A DNA stretch of 56,025 bases from Candidatus Aenigmatarchaeota archaeon (GTDB lineage: Archaea > EX4484-52): contig JAGLPV010000006.1 of assembly GCA_023137195.1 (NCBI GenBank), positions 1-56,025 of the forward strand, read 5' to 3'. Shown in pieces: positions 52,524 through 56,025 of this stretch. Each line of letters starts with the position of its first letter. Within the stretch, counting starts at the first letter, position 1. A program made the translations under genes and the position numbers. The notes under the pieces are model-generated. The model ran no database searches. It saw only the letters and a program-made list of their open reading frames with translations, and was not told the DNA's origin.

Positions 52524-55500
52524 ATGTTATTTGACAAAAAAAAAGAAAAAGATATGACAGCAGGAACAGACATGAACAGCATTGAAAAATACATCTCCTC
52601 TGTAGTTGTTGACATAAAAGCAGACATAGACCGTCTGAAAGCGCACAGTGAGGCAGAAAAAGAGATACGCTCTTCTGTGCAGGAGCGATTTTCCCACGTA
52701 AATGAAACAATGGGTCAGTTGAGGGAAATGCTAATTGAATCAGAGAAAAAATACCAGACTCTCGAGGAAAAATCAACAAAATCCATAGATTTGATGAATG
52801 AATTAGAGCCTGAAAAAATCAATTCAATGATTCAGGCGCAGGATTTTAAGGTGCAAAAGCAGGATGCAAAATCACTGGCAAATGCTTCAATGATAAAAAA
52901 TTTAATCGATGAATTAAAATCCCTTAAATCATCTTTTTCCCGGTTCAAGGGAGTTGAAAAAATAATCGAGACAGCGGATGATATAAAAAGAGAAGTCAGC
53001 ACATTCAATAAAATAAAATCAAACACAGAGCGGCAGGCAGAAAAAGTAGGAAATATCTTTGTAGAAGTAGAGAGAAATTTCAATGACTTCAAGAAATACC
53101 AGCAAAAGCAAAAAGATCTGGAAAAGGATTTCAGGGAAGTGTTAAAGGATTTTGATGTCATAAAAATTGACAATGAAAAGAACAAGAACATTTCGGGATC
53201 ATTGGAAGATATTCAAAAACGCAGTAAATTATATGAGGAGAAGATAGATACTTTTGTTTTTTCATTGGAAAAAATAAAAGAAGAAGGTAAAAAGTCAAAC
53301 CAAATCCTTCTGGAACAAATAGGGGCTATTGAAGAAATAAAGGAAAAATATATAAAAAAAGTTGATGAAGAAGACAATTTTGTGAATGAGAAAATCAAGG
53401 AATTTGAAAAGGCAAAGGAAAGATACGAATCAAAATTCAATGCTAAATTATTTTTATTAGAGGATATATTAGAGCAAAGAGCCAAGAAAATGGATGCGTT
53501 GGATAAAAATATCAGCATAAATGTTTCAAAGGAAACGCAGTTGTTGAGTAAGATAAAATCACTGGAAAAGGCAAACAAAGGCATTCAAAAATCAATGGAT
53601 GAAAAACTAAAAAAGACAATCAAAGGGGAACAAAATCGGTTAAATACACAATTGAACAGGGAAGTTTCAAAAATAATAAAAGAGATAGAGGAAAAGACAG
53701 CCAAAGCCGCCAAGAATCAGGATGTGGGTATAAGCGCGCAATTTAAAGAAGAATTCACAGACATGAAAAACAAGATTGAAGAAGTCCATGATAATTTAAC
53801 TACAAAGTCAGAGGAAATAAGAGAATTAGACAAAAGAATAGGAATTGATTCTTTAAGTGAAGCCCGGCTGACAGATAAGATAAAACATCTGGAATCACTG
53901 GATGCTAAATTCCTATCAAAAGAAGACATTCAAAAAGCCAACATTGAGCTGCAAAAAGCAATAGATGAAAAAATAAACAAAACCATCGAAGAAAAACAAG
54001 CCCTATTAAATGCACAAATAAATCAGGACATTTCAGCAAAAGTAGACAATATAAGAAAAGAAATAAAAGAAAATACCTGCTCATTTATTTCAGTCCAGGA
54101 CAAAATAACAGGACTCCAAAGCACAATAAACAATAAAACACAGGAGATAAATAAACTAGACAAAAAAATAGGCTCTTTTGAACTGCTCCAAAACAAGATT
54201 ACCCATATTGAAAACACCATAGACAACAAGTTCAGCAAGATGAACGAATTGGACAAAGACGTGATTAAAAATGCCGACAGGCAAACAAAATTAATGGACA
54301 AAATAATATCATTCGAAGATTCAAAAAATAAGTTTGTTTCAAAAAAAGATCTTCGGAAGTTCAATGTAGATATAATAAAAGAGATAGAGGAAAAGACAGC
54401 CAAAGCCGCCAAGAGCCACAAATTATATCTAAGCACACAATTTAAAGAAGAATTCACAGGCATGGAAAACAAGATTGAAGAATTCCAGGATAAGTTAATC
54501 ACCAAGTCAGAGGAAATAAGAGAATTAAACAAAAGAATAGGGATTAATTCTTCAAAGGAAGCCCATCTGACAGACAAGATAAAACAGATGGAAGCAGAAG
54601 AGACCACATTCCTCTCAAAAGAAGACATCCGTAAAGCCAACATCGAGATGCAAAAGGCATTGAATGAAAAATTGAACAAAATCATGCAGGATGCAGGGAT
54701 CAACACCGATGCCAAGTTAGAGGAATTAAGCAAAAACATAGTTTCAAACTCCGGGAAAGAGAAGGACTTGATGAATGAATTAAAGACACTAGAAGTAGTG
54801 GCAGGTAATTTCATCCAGAGACAGGACCTACAGAAATCCAACTCAGATATACAAAAAACACTGAATGAAAAGATAACCAAACTCATGCAGGATGCAGGAA
54901 TCAACACAGACGCCAAATTAAGCAAAGTGAACAAAAAGCTAAAAGCAGTAAATCTTGTCAAAAACAAAATACTCAATATACAGGACACATTGAACAGGAG
55001 AGCAGAACGGCTGGATGAATTAAACAAGGACATTGAAATAAATTCTTCAAAAGAAGCAATATTGATGAAAAGAATCAATTCATTAGAATCAGCAAACAAG
55101 GAGTTGCAAAAAACAATGGATGAAAAAATAAACAAAACCATCGAAGAAGAACATGCTAAGTTAAATTCACAGTTAAGCAGTGAAGTTTCAAAAATAAATA
55201 AAATCAAAAAAGACATAAAAGAAAATACAAACTCTTTTATTTTCACCAAGGATAAAGTAGAAGAGCTTCAAAACACCATAAACAGCAAAACAGGAGAATT
55301 CAGCAAATTAGACAAAAAACTGAAATTATTTGACTCAGCAATAGAAGAAAAGATTTCAAAAATAGATGACACATTAAAGGACAGAACAGAGAAAATAGAC
55401 CTTTTGAACAAAGGAGTTGATATAAATGCAATGGCGGAGGCACAACTAACAGACAAGCTAAAACAAATAGAAGCAGAAGAAACCCACTTCCTCTCAAAAG

Positions 55501-56025
55501 AAGACATCCGTAAAGCCAACATCAATATGCAAAAAGCATTGAATGAAAAACTAACTAAAATCATGCAGGACGCAGGAATCAACGTAGATTCAAAATTCAA
55601 TGAATTAAACAAAAATATAGTCTTAAACTCCCGAAAAGAGAAGAAATTAATGAATGAATTAAAGACGCTTGAAGAGACCGCAGCCAATTTTATCGACAAA
55701 GAAGACCTCAGGAAATCCAACTTAGACACACAAAAAGCATTAAATGAAAAACTAACCAAACTCATGCAGGATTCAGGAATCAACACCGATGCCAAATTCA
55801 GCAAAGTAGACAAAAAACTAAAATCCATGGACTCTGTTAAAAACAAAATTTCAGATATCCAAAGCACATTGAATGATAGAGCAAAAAGAATGGACGAATT
55901 AAACAAAGACATAGGTCTAAATGCTTCAAAAGAAACAAAACTAATGAACAGAATCCAATCCCTTGAAGCAGAGAATCAGAAGCTGCAAAAGATAAACCCT
56001 GAGTTTCAAAAAACAATGGACGAAA
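52524..56025 (+). CDS. Long repetitive coiled-coil protein, 3'-truncated by the window edge (at least 1,167 codons)
   Basis: ATG 52524 is 20 nt after the giant gene stop. It reads MLFDKKKEKDMTAG...DIDRLKAHSEAEKEIR...ERFSHVNETMGQLREML, and the same frame gives ...KLQKINPEFQKTMDE at the window end. It is absent from the ORF track, consistent with having no stop. K/E/I/L-rich heptads, no TM seen. Confidence 0.88.
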   Translation, partial: MLFDKKKEKDMTAGTDMNSIEKYISSVVVDIKADIDRLKAHSEAEKEIRSSVQERFSHVNETMGQLREMLIESEKKYQTLEEKSTKSIDLMNELEPEKINSMIQAQDFKVQKQDAKSLANASMIKNLIDELKSLKSSFSRFKGVEKIIETADDIKREVSTFNKIKSNTERQAEKVGNIFVEVERNFNDFKKYQQKQKDLEKDFREVLKDFDVIKIDNEKNKNISGSLEDIQKRSKLYEEKIDTFVFSLEKIKEEGKKSNQILLEQIGAIEEIKEKYIKKVDEEDNFVNEKIKEFEKAKERYESKFNAKLFLLEDILEQRAKKMDALDKNISINVSKETQLLSKIKSLEKANKGIQKSMDEKLKKTIKGEQNRLNTQLNREVSKIIKEIEEKTAKAAKNQDVGISAQFKEEFTDMKNKIEEVHDNLTTKSEEIRELDKRIGIDSLSEARLTDKIKHLESLDAKFLSKEDIQKANIELQKAIDEKINKTIEEKQALLNAQINQDISAKVDNIRKEIKENTCSFISVQDKITGLQSTINNKTQEINKLDKKIGSFELLQNKITHIENTIDNKFSKMNELDKDVIKNADRQTKLMDKIISFEDSKNKFVSKKDLRKFNVDIIKEIEEKTAKAAKSHKLYLSTQFKEEFTGMENKIEEFQDKLITKSEEIRELNKRIGINSSKEAHLTDKIKQMEAEETTFLSKEDIRKANIEMQKALNEKLNKIMQDAGINTDAKLEELSKNIVSNSGKEKDLMNELKTLEVVAGNFIQRQDLQKSNSDIQKTLNEKITKLMQDAGINTDAKLSKVNKKLKAVNLVKNKILNIQDTLNRRAERLDELNKDIEINSSKEAILMKRINSLESANKELQKTMDEKINKTIEEEHAKLNSQLSSEVSKINKIKKDIKENTNSFIFTKDKVEELQNTINSKTGEFSKLDKKLKLFDSAIEEKISKIDDTLKDRTEKIDLLNKGVDINAMAEAQLTDKLKQIEAEETHFLSKEDIRKANINMQKALNEKLTKIMQDAGINVDSKFNELNKNIVLNSRKEKKLMNELKTLEETAANFIDKEDLRKSNLDTQKALNEKLTKLMQDSGINTDAKFSKVDKKLKSMDSVKNKISDIQSTLNDRAKRMDELNKDIGLNASKETKLMNRIQSLEAENQKLQKINPEFQKTMDE
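53673..56025 (+). repeat. In-frame internal repeats of the coiled-coil gene
   Basis: ATAATAAAAGAGATAGAGGAAAAGACAGCCAAAGCCGCCAAGA at 53673 and 54372 (699 nt apart). FLSKEDI.KANI at 53910, 54609 and 55488 (699 and 879 nt). MQD(A/S)GIN(T/V)D occurs four times. Confidence 0.85.

Noticed and set aside
54023-55912. Long hydrophobic minus-strand ORFs (408 aa and 214 aa) and similar ones at 52522-53929
   Set aside because: They are antisense shadows of the K/E-rich coiled-coil gene; the F/S/L-rich text is what reverse-complemented AAA/GAA codons give.

Overview
AT-rich archaeal chromosome segment, most likely from a DPANN-type symbiont. This is inferred from archaeal r-proteins eS4/eS8/eS17, Dph2, a broken spc operon and TATA boxes ~25-30 nt before start codons. 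Three zones. (1) 1-7.55 kb: variable region ending at the 3' side of tRNA-Leu(UAA), with glycan-modification genes, decayed fibrillarin and radical-SAM fragments, a Myb-TM-TPR protein and a PD-(D/E)xK/SEC-C protein. (2) 7.55-19.7 kb: scattered housekeeping genes separated by a family of shared intergenic repeats. (3) 19.77-56.0 kb: one 10,910-aa gene plus a >1,167-codon coiled-coil gene that runs off the window and is missing from the ORF track. The giant protein is the main find. About 10,300 aa are extracellular and sequon-rich, built from repeated Ig-like units. Twelve split Ig-like hosts each carry an inserted DUF2341 or other carrier holding a different payload (lectin-like, phage-type Gly-rich, Kelch, CBM-like). 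This part is joined through one membrane helix to a cytoplasmic HerA/VirB4-like (DUF87-type) ATPase. All family calls are motif recognition by eye; no searches were run.
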